Below, one piece after another: positions 37,898 to 52,000 of a stretch of DNA of 64,000 nt (position 1 is its first letter; each line of letters opens with the position of its first letter). The translations under genes and the position numbers were made by a program. Location of the stretch: assembly GCF_028641065.1 (NCBI RefSeq), contig NC_073400.1, positions 29,574,001-29,638,000 of the forward strand, read 5' to 3'. Origin of the DNA: Leucoraja erinacea (lineage: Eukaryota). Under the pieces are notes generated by a model, which ran no database searches, was not told where the DNA came from, and saw only the letters and a program-made list of their open reading frames with translations.

Positions 37898-39970
37898 TTT
37901 TAATAATTTTTATTGTTTTATACAATTTTTTAAACAAAACAAACCAAAAAAAAAAAACTGAAAAAGACAACAGGAAAAAAAAAAAGGAAGGAAAAAAGAA
38001 AAATTAAAAAAAATAAAATAAAACAAAGCCGCCAGGCATAACAGTATTGGTACAATCCACATGGTGCTACACAGTCAGGCATTGCAAAAGCAGAAGTAAA
38101 GGTCACAGGACTACATCACTGCAGATAATATGAAATTGTGAAATTATTGGACTTTGAGATGGTTGATAAATGGTCCCCAAACACTTAAAAAGTTGTTTGG
38201 TACCTTGGAGTTGTAGAAGCGTATCCTTTCCATCTGTATGATTATTATCATTTCATTGAGCCATTTTACGAAGCAGGGGGGTGTAGATGATTTCCAGTCT
38301 GTTAGGATCATTTTCTTGGCTGCCACCATACCAAGCATCAGTGCTTGTTGTTCTTCAGACGTGAAGTACAAAGCAGTCTCTGAGCATCCAAAAAGTGCCA
38401 GTTCTGGATCAGGGAGAATATCTTTTCCATAGACCCCAGAAAACCACAAATATTTTAGACCAGTATCTTTGTATATGAGGACAGAGCCAGAAAATATGTG
38501 TTAAAGAACCATCTGCACTTTTGCATCTGTCACATAATGGAGAAATAGCAGGGTAGATTCGATGTAATTTGGTCTTTGAGTAATGGAGTCTGTGGATGAC
38601 TTTAAACTGAATCAGTTTATACCTGACATTGATCGAACAAATTTGGATTCTGGTCAGACCTTCATTCCAAGTGTCGTCAGACACCTCGAAATTCAGCTCA
38701 GTAGACCAGGCTTCTTTCAGATGGGTAGTGGATACAGAGGTGGTGAATAGACTCACAAAGCGAGATATTAGATGTTTGGAGTCTGGAGGAAGCTGCAGGA
38801 GCTCATAGAGTGGGCAACTGTCAGGCATGGTTTGAAAATTTGCAATTTGATTTTTAACGTAGTGCCTAATTTGGAGATAGCGAAAAAAATGAGAGTTGGA
38901 AAGGTTAAATTTTGATTTCAGCTGATTAAACGAAGCAAACTTTTTGTCAATATATAGATCTCTGAGGGTCGCAAGGCCCTTGTCCCTCCAGACAGCAAAC
39001 ACCCCATCCGTCTGTGATGGCAAAAAGGAGTGGTTGTGACATATGGGGGTGTAAATAGAGACATTTGACAATGTACTGAAACTTCTTATCTGATTTAAAA
39101 TTCGAATAGAATTTCTTAAAATGAAGTTCTCACCAACCAACTTATGTGGGGATTCTGTTTTGGAAAAAAGCAAAGTACAGAGGGAGGAATTTTTCACTGC
39201 TGTGTTTTCAATGTTTAGCCACGAAGGGGTATTATTATTATTATCCAAAGGTTCATCTGGGAATCCCCATTGCCAGTAAATCAGAGCTCTAGCATTGGCT
39301 GCCCAATAGTAGTGCCTAAATATAGGAAGGCCCATGCCTCCCTCATTTTTTGGCTTTTGAAGATGTGCCTTTGATATACGGTGGGCTTTATAGCCCCAAA
39401 TGAATGGAAGGATAATGGAGTCCAATTTTTTTTTTTTAAATGATGAAGTAAGAAAAATTGGAAGATTTTGGAATAAATATATGAATCTAGGAAGAGACAC
39501 CATCTTGATAGCGTTAATACGCCCCACTATAGACAAGGGTAAAATCCTCCATTTCTCTATGTTCAGTTTTAACTTTGTAATCATATCAGCGTAGTTGAGT
39601 TTGAATATAAGTTTGGGGTTTAGGGGTATTTTGAGTCCTAGATATGTAAAATGGTCATATACTATCTTAAATGGTAGAGCCTCAAGACAATCTGAATCTA
39701 TATTGTCTGATAAAGGCATGAACTCACTCTTACTCCAGTTGACTGTGTATCCAGAAAGCTTGCCAAATGATTTAATAAAATCTAACAAGGGAAGAACAGA
39801 GGCTTCTGGATCGGAGAGATATAGTAATGTGTCATCGGCGTAAAGCCGCACACGACTTTCCACATTCCCCACCTTTATACCCCTGATGTTTGGGTGACTC
39901 CTGATACCTATTGCGAGGGGCTCCAGAGCAATATCAAAGAGTAAGGGGGACAGAGGATCTCCCTGTCTGT
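37898..39970 (-). mobile_element. 5'-truncated L1-clade LINE (ORF2 RT C-half plus CCHC region plus A-rich tail)
   Basis: RQGDPLSPLLF, LYADD, YLG, KNEGGMGLP, CDRC...HIFWLC; ORFs 38409..39872 and 38144..38449 separated by one frameshift; A-rich 3' end at 37898. Confidence 0.93.
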
Positions 39971-40768
39971 TCTCATGATCTTATACACCTCTTTCAGATC
40001 ATCCATCTGCTCTACAACACTACCCAGAGGCCTGCCATTTACTGTGTAGGTCCAGCCCTTGTTCGACGTCCCAAATTGCAACACCTCACACTTCTCTGTA
40101 TTAAATTCCATCAACCAATGCTACGGCTACCAGGTCAATCGATCCAGATCCTGCAAAGGGGTTATGAGGAGAAGGCAGGAGAATGGGGTTAGGAGGGAGA
40201 GATAGATGAGCCATGATTGAATGGCGGGGTAGACATCATGGGCCGTATCACTAATGACCTGATGACCGTATTACCAAATATTCCTCACTCGTGCCAGGTT
40301 TTTGACTCTTTTCACCATTTTCATTACTCTATGAACATTAATTTATGTTTGAAATGTGCTGGGAAAATTTGAAACTCGAGAGTTAATCTGCAAGATCATT
40401 GTGGTTTCATACACAATATCTTGCTGACGTCTTCCTCATTTATGTTCCTCATAACGTTTCTACTTAAACGTTATTTTGCAATGAAGAGGAAGAGCTGAGA
40501 GACTTATGAGTGACAATAAACTTAACTAGCTAACTAACAAAAACCTTCAAAATGTAAACTGACAATTAGTGCTAAAATATATTTTTGATATAGTCTAGTC
40601 GTTGTGCAAAGTGGAAATATATGCTTCATTGTTATCATGGATAAATGAGGGATTGGAGGGGATGACTGCGGTGAAAAAGGTCCTTTATTATGTTGGCTGC
40701 TTTCTTGAGGCAGGGTGGCACAGTGACACAGCGGTAGAGTTGCTGCCAGACACCTGGGATCAATCCTG
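39971..40768 (+). repeat. Direct duplication copy 2 (798 bp)
   Basis: Matches 37095-37897 and continues into the rest of the SINE that is truncated in copy 1. Confidence 0.92.
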
Positions 40769-42104
40769 ACTACGGAGATTGTACGTACTCCCAGTGACCG
40801 CGTGGGTTTTCTCTGGCTGCTCTGGTTTCCTCCCACATTCCAAAGACGTGCAGGTTTGTAGGTTAATTGGCTTCTGTAAATTGTACCTAGGGTGCACGAT
40901 AGAACTAGTGTATGGGTGATTGCTGGTCAGGGCAAACTTAGTGGATCAAAGGGCGTGTTTCCATGCTGTATCTCTAAACTAAACTAAACATGACAGGAAC
41001 AAGCCCTCGGGCCCACAATGTCCATGCCGAACATAATGCCAGGAACCAGGCCATCTCATAGATGAACTGAGGCCGAGGCCAATTTCAATTTTAGAATTTC
41101 AAGCAGAAGCCCCTCAATTTTAGAGGCACCCAAATCAAGATCCCTTTGAAGCAGACAGGCATGAGGCCCATGCCAAATGCCACTCGTTGCCCCCCCCCCC
41201 CCCCCCCTCTGAGAGTGCTTGCCCTGAACAAACCCTTATCTGCCTGCACATAATCCATATCCCTCCAGCCCTGCACCTCCATGTATTTATCTAAAAGTCT
41301 CTTACATCACATCAGATTTGAAGAAGCTGTCCCTGAAACTGGCGGGGTATAATTTCAAGCTTTTATATCTTCTGCCTTGATGGGAGAGGGGAGAAGAGGG
41401 GACGGCTGGGATGAAAAAGGTCCTTAATTATGTTGTCTGCTTTCTTGGGGCATCGTGAGGTATAGATGGCTCAATGGTGGGATACAGTGCATCTTCAGAA
41501 TCTATAACATAGATATGTGACGTTTCGGGTCGGGGCCCTTCTTCAGACCCGTCAAAATGTAGAAACAAGAAACCGAAGATACTGGTTTACACAAAAGACA
41601 CAAAGTGCTGGAGGAACTCAGTGGGTTAGACAGCATGCCTGAAGAACAAATAGAAAAAAATAACTGCAAAAGCTTGTTTACAAAAAGAACAAGCAGTTTT
41701 GTTTGCCTCACACATTTGAGCATTAATTGACACATTGCTCAACAATTGACTTCCAAGAAGAACACAGTTTTGCAAAGAATACAAACCACTTCCTGATTGT
41801 GGTTTCGAAGAGCTAGGTTTAAAGGCAGTGAAATACTAAATTTGATCTTAATCTTAGCAAGGTAATGAGAACAATATTGTACTCATCTCTACACGTCCAC
41901 ATTATATAAAATTAACAAACAATTGTTCCTTCCTATATTTTCTAAGTTGCTTCATACGTTTGTTGTTTGGCCAATAAAATTTAATAATAAAGAATGTAAC
42001 GCATTACATTATGTTTAAGAACTGCAGATGCTGGCAAAATCGAAGGTAGACAAAAGTGCTGGAGAAACTCAGCGGGTGAGGCAGCATCTATGGAGCGAAG
42101 GAAT

Positions 42105-42140
42105 AGGTGACGTTTCGGGTCGAGACCCTTCTTCAGACTT
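42105..42140 (-). ncRNA. Minimal hammerhead-ribozyme-like motif (consensus copy)
   Basis: Reverse complement reads AGUCUGAAGAAGGGUCUCGACCCGAAACGUCACC. Confidence 0.55.
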
Positions 42141-42292
42141 ATTTTATGATCAGTATTGCAAGTGGCAATATAAACTGGAAGGTACAAAAACAAGACTTCT
42201 GCAGAATGTTTAATAGCCAAGCTCCTTGAAAATTCCAGAGCAGATTGGGAAATTGATTGAAAAAAATGAATTAACTCTGATACATAGAATAT

Positions 42293-43648
42293 TAGGCTGT
42301 GGGCCGAGCATCAAAAATGTGTCTAGAAATCGGTTTTCGTGACCCAAGTCACCAAACTACATGAAATTTTCCACAGATTTAGATGAAATATAATTGAGAA
42401 GGATGTCATAACTCATCATTGCCTAAAGTTGCACATTAATTAATTAAACTAATTAGAAAATGAAATCGGGAAAGCGCCATCTAGTGGCCAATGCCCACAT
42501 TACACCATGGGCAGCCTATTTCCGTGTTGCAGTCCATTTAAACTGTATATTATTATACCAAATTAACATCCACCACAGTGAGTTCACCAGGCACCTCCTC
42601 ACTGTGATGGAAGGCAAAAGTCTTAAGTCTTTGTCTCAACCCTTCTTATTCTCCCTCTGCGCCGAGGCGATCCAGGCTTCAGATGCTGTGACCCCGCCGG
42701 GCGATGGTAAATAATGTCAGTCCCGCGGCTGAATCCGAGCTCAAAGCTGCCGAAGCTGCGGCCCGGGGTGGTCGAAGCTGCCGAAGCTGCGGCCCTCCAG
42801 TCCAGCGGACGCAGCTGTTGTTGCGGAGGCTCCGGAGAACAGGTCACCAACCTGTGACTATGAGCTCCCGACGATGTCGTCCACTGGGCCTGCAGTCGGG
42901 TCGGGTCACCGCTTCCGCCGGAACACTGCCCCAGCTCCGAGGCCAGGTTGCCGCTGCCTCCGTCGCTGCCCCAACTCCGAGGCCGGGTTGTGTGCTAGCA
43001 TGAGTGAGTGAGTGAGTGAGTGAGTGAGTGAGTGAGTGAGTGAGTGAGTGAGTGAGTGAGTGAGTGAATGAATGTACAGCTTCGAAATCTCATTTTCTCA
43101 CATTATAAAAGGGTGCAATTAAATTAATTAAAGTCCATACAGATAGATTTTCATAAATTCAGACTTTAGATCTTACCTTTCAGTTCCAGTTGATTCACAA
43201 AGTTTGACTGCAGCACTTCAGCATCGACTTTGCTTTCAAGACTTTCTTCCTCTTCTATCCTCTTAGCAGCACATTCTTCAGCCTTCTTAATGCTTTTCTC
43301 ACTAAATTCAATTACCCTGCTGTAAGTTTCCACGACATGTATTCCACAGAACTAGAAAGAACCTTCATCGGAATCTCCAGTAAAGCAGGCATCAGTGAAG
43401 TCCTCTCAGCCATGTTGTGTGCTAGCCTGAAGCAAAGCGCGTGATTGGCCAACTGGCATACAACTCAATGTTAAACATGCTTTGATTGGACTAAAAATAC
43501 CCGAAATTTAATAAAAAAATATGCAAGTCTTGTTCATGACGAGTTTCAGGGGTGATTTATATATTTTTACATAATATGTGAAAATTTCATGTAGTTCTGT
43601 GACTTGGGTTTCGAAACGCTGGGAAAAAGCTCCTCGCCCCACAGCCTA
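42293..43648. mobile_element. Non-autonomous DNA transposon with TAGGCTGTGGG TIRs and TAT 3-bp TSD (Academ-like)
   Basis: Terminal and subterminal inverted repeats (acccaagtcac..aactacatgaaattttc); tat flanks both ends. Confidence 0.65.
43001..43066 (+). repeat. (TGAG)n microsatellite
   Basis: About 16 perfect units. Confidence 0.95.
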
Positions 43649-44063
43649 TATGAGTTATTATGAAACTTTATGAAACATGTAAGAGCCAAAAAACTGCTCA
43701 AGGCACTCAATGGGTTAAGCAGAGTCCGCAAGCAGAAATAAATTGCCAACATTTTGGTCTAGACTGCACCAGGATACCTTCTTGCTTCAGATTCCAGCAT
43801 CGATAGTTTAGTGTACCTCCATTTATAAAATATGAGTTTGGTCACAATAGGAAGGTTGCGAAATCGTTGCAGAGGTACATGAGGGATTTAGAAAAAGTAA
43901 CTTAGGAATGAAGGACTTTAGTCTGGTGGATAATTGATCAGCGAACAGCGAACAATTGATCTCCTGAGAACAGAGAAGATTGCAAAGTGATCAGGTGGAG
44001 ATGTTTAAAATCAAGGTAAAATGCAAATTCCAAATGGAAGGCATAGTGGCATAGCGGTAGAGT

Positions 44064-45000
44064 CAAGTCAAGTCAAGCCTATTCGTCACATACACATACG
44101 AGTTGTGCAGTGAAATGAAAAGTGGCAATACTCGCGGACTTTGTGCAAAAAGACAAACAAACAAACAACCAAACAAGCTACAAACAGAATCACATATTCT
44201 TTTACATATTAAATATTGTGGGCGGAAGGAAAAAGGTTCAGTAAAGTTGTCCCTGGTGAGATAGGAGTTTACAGTCCGAATGGCCTCTGGGAAGAAACTC
44301 CTTCTCAACCTCTTCGTTCTCACAGCATGGCAACGGAGGCGTTTTGCCTGACCGTAGCAGCTGGAACAGTCCGTTGCAGTGGTGGAAGGGGTCTCCCATG
44401 ATTTTATTGGCTCTGGAGTTGCACCTCCTGATGTATAGTTCCTGCAGGGGGCGAGTGAAGTTCCCTACTCTCTGCAGCGCCTTCTTGTCCTGGGCAGACA
44501 ATTCCCAAACCAGATGGTAATATTTCCGGACAAGATGCTTTCCACAGCCGCTGAGTAGAAGCACTGGAGGATCCTCGGAGACACTCTGAATTTCATCAAT
44601 TGCCTGAGGTGGTAAAGGCGCTGCCTTGCCTTACTCACGAGTGCTGCAGCGTGTGATGTTCATGTCATATCCTCAGAGATGTGGATCCCAGATATTTAAA
44701 ACAGCTCACCCTATCCACAGTATCCCCATTTATCCTCAATGGTGTGTACGTCCTCGGATGATGTGCCCTCCTAAAGTCCACGATCAGCTCCTTAGTTTTT
44801 TTGATGTTCAAGAGGAGGCTGTTGTCCTGACACCAGAGTGCTAGATCAGCCACCTCCTCCCGGTAGGCCTTCTCATCGTTGTCTGAGATCAGGCCCACCG
44901 CCACAGTGTCATCAGCAAACTTGATTATTGAGTTGGAGCTGAACCTAGCCACACAGTCATGTGTGTACAGGGAGTACAATAGAGGGCTGAGGACGCAACC
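44064..45000 (-). mobile_element. 5'-truncated Rex1/Babar-type LINE inserted in a tRNA SINE
   Basis: YSLYTHDCVA...IIKFADDT.VGLIS.NDE.AYREEV..L..WC..N.L.LN..KTKELIVDFRR; (CTTGA)n tail; SINE halves on both sides. Confidence 0.88.
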
Positions 45001-45554
45001 TTACTGCCTTACAGCCTTGACAGAGACCCAGGTTTGATCCTGGCAATGGGTGCTGTCTGCACTGAGTTTGTACGTTATCCCTCTGGTCACGTGGGTTTCC
45101 ACCCATATTCCAAATACGTGCAGGTTTGTGGGTTTTAATATAACCTCAATGACCATATCTTAACATTGTTAAATAGTTAAGAAGCAGATGCTGGGAAATC
45201 GAAGGTAGACAAAAATGCTGGAGAAACTCAGCACTCATCTATGGAGCGAAGGAAATAGGCAACGTTTCGGGCCGAAACCCTTCTTCAGTCGAAAGGACGG
45301 ACAGCTGCTGGCGAAGCTGCCGGCTCGGGATGCCACCCGATGCTGGTTTAAACTGAAGATAAGACACAAAATGCTGGAGTAACTCAGAGGGACAGGCAGC
45401 ATCTCTGGAGAGAAGGAATGGGTGATGTTTCGGGTCGAGACCCTTCGTCAGACTATTCTATATTGCCCCAAAGTATTCAAAATTTATCACCTCATTTCTC
45501 TGCAATAAATGAATGTCATATGTCTAGGAAGGAACTGCAGATGCTGGTTTCACT

Positions 45555-45720
45555 TAGACCACAGCTAACAAGGTTTTCACCAAAACCACAGCTGACAATG
45601 TTTTTTTTTTTCACATAGACCACAGCTAACACTGTTTTTATTCATCTCGATTACAGCGAACATTTTTTTTCCATGTAGACCACAGCTAACACTGGTTTGT
45701 TTCACCTAGACCACAGCTCA
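45555..45720 (+). repeat. Degenerate minisatellite with unit ~tagaccacagctaaca
   Basis: About 5 imperfect copies. Confidence 0.7.
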
Positions 45721-46074
45721 CATTAGCCAGTCTCCTTTATCATCGTTACTTTCCACCATTTCTTTCATTCATTTGTTCTATATCTCTCTATATTACCGCA
45801 TATATCTCTCTTGCTTCCCTTTCCCCTGACTCTCAGTCTGAAGAAGGGTCTCAACCCAAAACGTAATCTATTCCTTTCCTCCAGAGATGCTGTCTGACCC
45901 GCTGAGTTGCTCCAGCTTTTTATGTCTACCTTCCGCCATATGTCTGTCCATCCCGCCAGCAAGTCTATGCACTCCCGAAATTCAACAACATCCTGGATTG
46001 CAGTTCACAATGCTATTTCGTTTTGCATCAGCTCATTTAAAACTTGTGGCTTGCAAATCCAAGTCTAGGTCACT

Positions 46075-46600
46075 TATATCCTAATTTGAGGAAGGACATC
46101 CTTGTGATTGAGGCAGTGCAGCGTAGGTTCACGAGATTGATCCCTTTGATGGTGGGACTGTCTTATGAGGAAAGATTGAAAAGACTAGGCTTGTATTCAC
46201 GGGAGTTTAGAAGGATGAGGGGTAATCATGTAGAAACCTATAAAGTTATAAAAGGACGGGACAAGTTAGATTCAGGAAAAATGTTCCCAATGTTGGGCGA
46301 GTCCAGAACCAGGGGCCAGTCTTAGAATAAAGGGGAGGTCATTTAAGACTGAGGTGAGAAACAACTTTTTTGCCCAGAGTTGTGAATTGATGGAATTCCC
46401 TGCCACAGAGGGCAGTGGAGGCCAAGTCACTGGGTGGATTAAGAGAGAGTTAGGTAGAGCTCTAGGGACTAGTGGAGTCAAGGGATATGGGGAGAAGGCA
46501 GGCACGGGTTATTGATAGGGGACTATCAGCCATAATCACAATGATGGAGGTGCTGGCTCGAAGGGTCGAATGGCCTCCTCCTGCACCTATTTTTATGTTT
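46075..46600 (+). mobile_element. CR1-type LINE 3' fragment
   Basis: LRKDILVIEAVQRRFTRLIP...LSYEERLKRLGLYS. Confidence 0.8.
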
Positions 46601-47749
46601 CTGTTTCTTTTTCGATTTTTAAAAATCCAACACCAATCTCACTATTGACCTTCCTCCTGCTCAATAAGCAGCCAATCACCCATATTCCTCTGTAGTAGCG
46701 AGTCTTGGTCCCCTTTACTCTGACTCCGTTGGATAAAGGGTCTCGACCTAAAACATCACCTATTCCTTTTCTCCAGAGATGCTGTCTGACCCACTGTTAC
46801 CCCAGTTTTCAATGTCTTTCCTCTGTAGTATGATACTTAACCATCTTCAAGGTTTCCAGGTCAGTTTACTGTCACATGTACCAATTAAGGTACAGTGAAA
46901 TTTGAGTTACCATACAGGCAAACTAAGTGAAAAGCAACAAGACTCACAACCATATAAAAGTTAACATCAACATCCATCACAGTGGATTCCACATTCCTCA
47001 CTGTGACGGAAGGCAATAAAGTTCAAACTTCTTCCTCTTTGTTCTACCATGGTCGGGGCAGACAAACCATCTGCAGTCGGGGCAGTCAAAGTCTCCGCAG
47101 CCGGTGATTGAAGTCCTCGTCGGGGTGATCGAAACTCCCACATCGGGCCAGTTGAAACTTTCTCCACTGCATGGATCTCCCGAGTCCATGGGACTCTTAC
47201 CAGAGACTGCGAGCTTCACAATGTTCAAGTCCACAGGCCCCGCGGTTAGAGCTTCGATCCCCAGCAAAGGGATCGCAAGCTCCGCAATGTTAAAGTCCCG
47301 CAGTCTCCCGCGGCTTGGAGCGCCCGTCCGTCTCCAGGAAAGGCCGCCAACTCCACAATGTTAGGCCGCAGTGGGGACAGTGATACGATACGGAAACAAA
47401 CCGCATCTCCGTCGAGATAAGAGATTGAAAAAAAGTTTCCCCCACATAAAACAAACCAACGAAGGCTGAAACATACTTTTAACACATACTAAAAATAACA
47501 AAAAGAAGAAAGGACAGACAGACTGTTGGCGAGGCAGCCACTGCTGGTGGCACCACATGGTGTTCCTATCCATAAATGCCCCTTTTATGTTCTTCATGTT
47601 CTTCAACTTTACTTTTATTCCTGATATCTGCCATTTATCCTGTTATTAAAACCATCTGGAAGCTCATTTATACCACATTAACTTCATTACCATCAACTTT
47701 ATCTGTAATTTTACCGGAAAGGATCAAATTTTTGAATATGATTTCCTCT

Positions 47750-49027
47750 ATGCCTGGAAGGTCATGTTTAACTAATCTTCTTGAATTTTTTGAAGAGGTT
47801 ACTAGGGAAATTGACGAGGGTAAAGCAGTGGGTGTTGTCTATATGGACTTTAGTAAGGCCTTTGACAAGGTTCCTCATGGAATGTTGGTTAAGAAGGTTC
47901 AACTGTTGGGTATAAATGCAGGAGTAGCAAGATGGATTCAACAGTGGCTGAATGGGAGAAGCCAGAGGGTAATGGTGGATGGCTGTTTGTCGGGTTGTAG
48001 GCAGGTGACTAGTGGGGTGCCTCAGGGATCTGTGTTGGGTCTTTTGTTGTTTGTCATGTACATCAATGATCTGGATGAAGGTGTGGTAAATTGGATTAGT
48101 AAGTATGCAGATGATACCAAAATAGGGGGTGTTGTGGATAATGAAGAGGATTTCCAAAGTCTACAGTGAGTTAGGCCATTTGGAAGAATGGGCTGAAAGA
48201 TGGCAGATGGAGTTTAATGCTGATAAATGTGAGGTGCTACACCTTGGCAGGACAAATCAAAATAGGACGTACATGGTAAATGGTAGGGAATTGAAGAATG
48301 CAGTTGAACAGAGGGATCTGGGAATAACCGTGCATGGTTCCTTGAAGGTGGAATCTCATATAGATAGGGTGGTAAAGAAAGCTTTTGGTATGCTAGCCTT
48401 TATAAATCAGAACATTGAGTATAGAAGCTGGGATGTAATGTTAAAATTGTACAAGGCATTGGTGAGACCAAATTTTGGAGTATGGTGTACAATTTTGGTC
48501 GCCCAATTATAGAAAGTATGTCAACAAAATAGAGAGAGTACAGAGGAGATTTACTAGAATGTTGCCTGGGTTTCAACAACTAAGTTACAGAGAAAGGTTG
48601 AATAAGTTAGGTCTTTATTCTCTGGAGCGCAGAAGGTTAAGGGGGGACTTGATGGAGGTCTTTAAAATGATGAGAGGGATAGACAGAGTTGATGCGGACA
48701 AGCTTTTCCCTTTGAGAATAGGGAAGATTCAAACAAGAGGACATGACTTCAGAATTAAGGGACAGACGTTTAGGGGTAACATGAGGGGGAACTTCTTTAC
48801 TCAGAGAGTGGTAGCGGTGTGGAATGAGCTTCCAGTGGAAGTGGTGGAGGCAGGTTCATTGGTATCATTTAAAAATAAAATGGATAGGCATATGGATGAG
48901 AAGGGAATGGAGGGTTATGGTATGAGTGCAGGCAGGTGGGACTAAGGGAAAATAATTGTTCGGCATGGACTTGTAGGGCCGAGATGGCCTGTTTCCGTGT
49001 TGTAATTGTTATATAGTTATATGGTTA
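47750..49027 (+). mobile_element. 5'-truncated CR1/HER1-type LINE (RT domain to 3' tail)
   Basis: GRSCLTNLLEFF, YMDFSKAFDKVPH, SGVPQGSVLG, KYADDTK, WQMEFNADKC; frameshifted ORFs 47576..48945; short tandem 3' tail. Confidence 0.93.
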
Positions 49028-52000
49028 AACAAATCTGTGCTGTGATTTCCCTTAATTAATCGATTTCTTGCCCAGTTCTATTAATGCTGTCTAGTTTATT
49101 TTAGTTAGTTTATAGATACAGCACAGTAACAGGCCCTTCGGCCCACCGAGTCCATGCCAACCTGCGACCCCCGCACATTAACACTATCCTACACACACTA
49201 GGGACAATTTACATTTATACCAAGCCAATTAACCTATAAACCTGTATGTCTTGAAGTGTGAGCGGAAACCGAAGATCTCGGAGAAAACCTACGAACCTTC
49301 AAACCTGTACGTCTTTGGAGCGTGGGAGGAACCCTGAGCACCCGGAGAAACCCACATAGGTCACAGGGAGAACGTAAAAACTCTGAACAGACAGCACCCG
49401 TAGTCAGTATCGAACCCAAGTCTCTGGCGCTGTGAGGCAGCAACTGCTGCGCCACAGTGCCGCCCAAGATCAAAGATCCGTCTACGATCAATATTTCTAA
49501 AAGCTGGAATTATTGCAAAATCAAGTCTATTTTCAAATGAAAAACATGAATATTGTTTTTAAAATGCCCTTATCAATCATAGTAACAATTAAGCCACAAA
49601 GTTGTTATGTAAATCTATCTTTCACTAACATTCTTCAGTAAAAACTAAATCATAGGCACAAACAAATCAATGACATTATTGACGTGAAACAGCTGAACAA
49701 ACTATTAAAGTCAAGTGCAATTCAAAATGGACATTTGCCTTTGCTACAAGTTGTGAATGAGTCAATAAATGACTGGTATATATTCCGTCATCACTCCACC
49801 AACAGTACTTAGTTGGTCATGTACTGGGATTCCCATGTCGGCAGTCCCCATGAACAATGAGATTATGGAACTGTTCCAGCTGACATCTCTTCACTACACC
49901 AGGAGAGGGAGGAAGATACTAGATTTGCTGTAATCAGCAGCACTTGCACTGCGATAATAACATTACACAATTTCCTCTCTTTTCAAGCCTGTGAATTTGT
50001 GGCTGCTTTCAGAGGGGAAATAATAGATAGTGGAGCCTAGAGGCTGTGGTGTGAAGGACAGCCCCGGAACCAGGGAACAGCCAGGGCTACACGATGACAC
50101 AGCGGTAGAGTGGCTGCATTACAGCACCAGAGACCCGGGTTCGATCCTGACTGCGGATGCTGTCAGTACAGAGTTTGTACATTCTCCCCGTGACTTATGT
50201 GGGTTTCTCTGGGTGCTCAGGGTTCCGCCTACACTCCAAATACGTACAGGTTTGTAGGTTAATTGGCTTTGATAAAAATTGTAAATTTCCCCTAGTGTGT
50301 ACGACAGTGATAGTGTAGGTAATCGCTGGTGGGCACGGACTCGGTGGGCCGAAGGACCTGTTTCCACGCTGTATTCTAAACTATAACTGAAGGGCCTGTT
50401 TCTGAGCCGTGAGGCCATGACTATGTCTCTAAGTAGTTCTATTCCCAGGTGATAGTTTTGAGGCCAGGTAACTTATTGAATTATTTGAACAAAATGCGAT
50501 ATCCTGGACAACATTTACAATACCTTTCCTGTGCCATCATTACGAGAACATTTCTATCTTCTTGAAATATGGAAGATCCTTCCAACAAATGTGATTGTTG
50601 ATTTCTAAGGCATTTGGTGAAACATGGCACTGTCTTGCAGAACAATAAGAGCAGTGAATATTTTAATCCTATTCTGGAATCTAGGCCTGCTCTTAAAAAG
50701 ACAAGTGTAAGTATTTTAACCATAAATGAGTTAGACAATAGACAGTAGACAATAGGTGCAGGAGTAGGCCATTCGGCCTTTGAGCCAGCACCGCCATTCA
50801 ATGTGATCATGGCTGATCATTCCCAATCAGTACCCCGTTCCTGCCTTCTCCCCATATCCTCTGACTCCACTATCTTTAAGAGCTCCATCTAGCTCTCTCT
50901 AGCATCACTTCCTATTTTATCCAAAACAGTAAACTTAAAAAAACTGGTCTTGCCAAATAAATGTTCGGCATGGACTTGAAGGGCCGAGCTGGCCTGTTTT
51001 CCGTGCTGTAATTGTTATATGGTTATATATGGTTCTCGAGAACATGAAGGAGGAAGTTCTGAGTTTATGGCTGTTATTTCCATTAATCCATTTTTTACCA
51101 CTCTATCTACTTGTGTTACCACTTCCAGTGAGTCATGGATATGGACCAAAAGATCTCTCTGCTCATCAATGGTGTTAACCTTAACAATTATCAATTGTGA
51201 CCAACCTTAACACCATAAAGAAATGCCATTTGAGTCATGGTTGAGGTGTTAAAATTATATCTTACTTATAAAGCAACTTTAACACAGTGGAACATTTCAA
51301 GGCTCTGCACAGGTGAGTTCTTAAATAAAATATTGTTCCCACACCACATGGGAGGTATTTAGACTGGAGATATTAAGAGGTACACTGTTCAAAAGATTGA
51401 TGAACAAAATGACTTCTGCCCCACTCACATCATCAGCCTGAAGTCCGGGGAGATTTTGCAACCAATGGATTTATTAAAGTTCATTTGGAAGTTTGGCTCC
51501 AGTGTGACCGAAACTGGGTTGAATAATGAACATGCAACAACAGAAACAGGCACTTCCTTGTGGAGCCTTTTATAAAATAACCAAAGTAACTGAAGTGGAA
51601 ATAGATGCCTACAGATCTCATCAATATTGTGGGGAAAAAACCTGATCATAGTGCAAGCAGGGAATTAGTTTAGTTTAGTTTATCCATTACTATATTTCCA
51701 TAGCATCATAGAGTGATACAGCATGAAAACAGGTCCTTCGGCCCAATTTGCCCACAGTAACATGCCCCGTCTACACTAGCCCCACCTGCCTGCGTTTACC
51801 CCATAACCCTCTAAACCCATCCTACCCATCTACCTGTCTTATTGTTTCTTAAACGTTGCAATAGTCCCAGCCTCAACTACCTCCTCAAGTAGCTCGTTCC
51901 ATGCACCCACCATCATTTGCTTGAAAAGGTGACCCTTCAGATTCCTATTAAATCTTTTCCCCTTCATGTTAAACCTATGTCCTCTGGTTCTCTATTCTCC

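Noticed and set aside
45555-45720. CRISPR-like repeat-spacer pattern
   Set aside because: Eukaryotic context, the spacers are similar to each other and there are no cas genes; it is a degenerate minisatellite.
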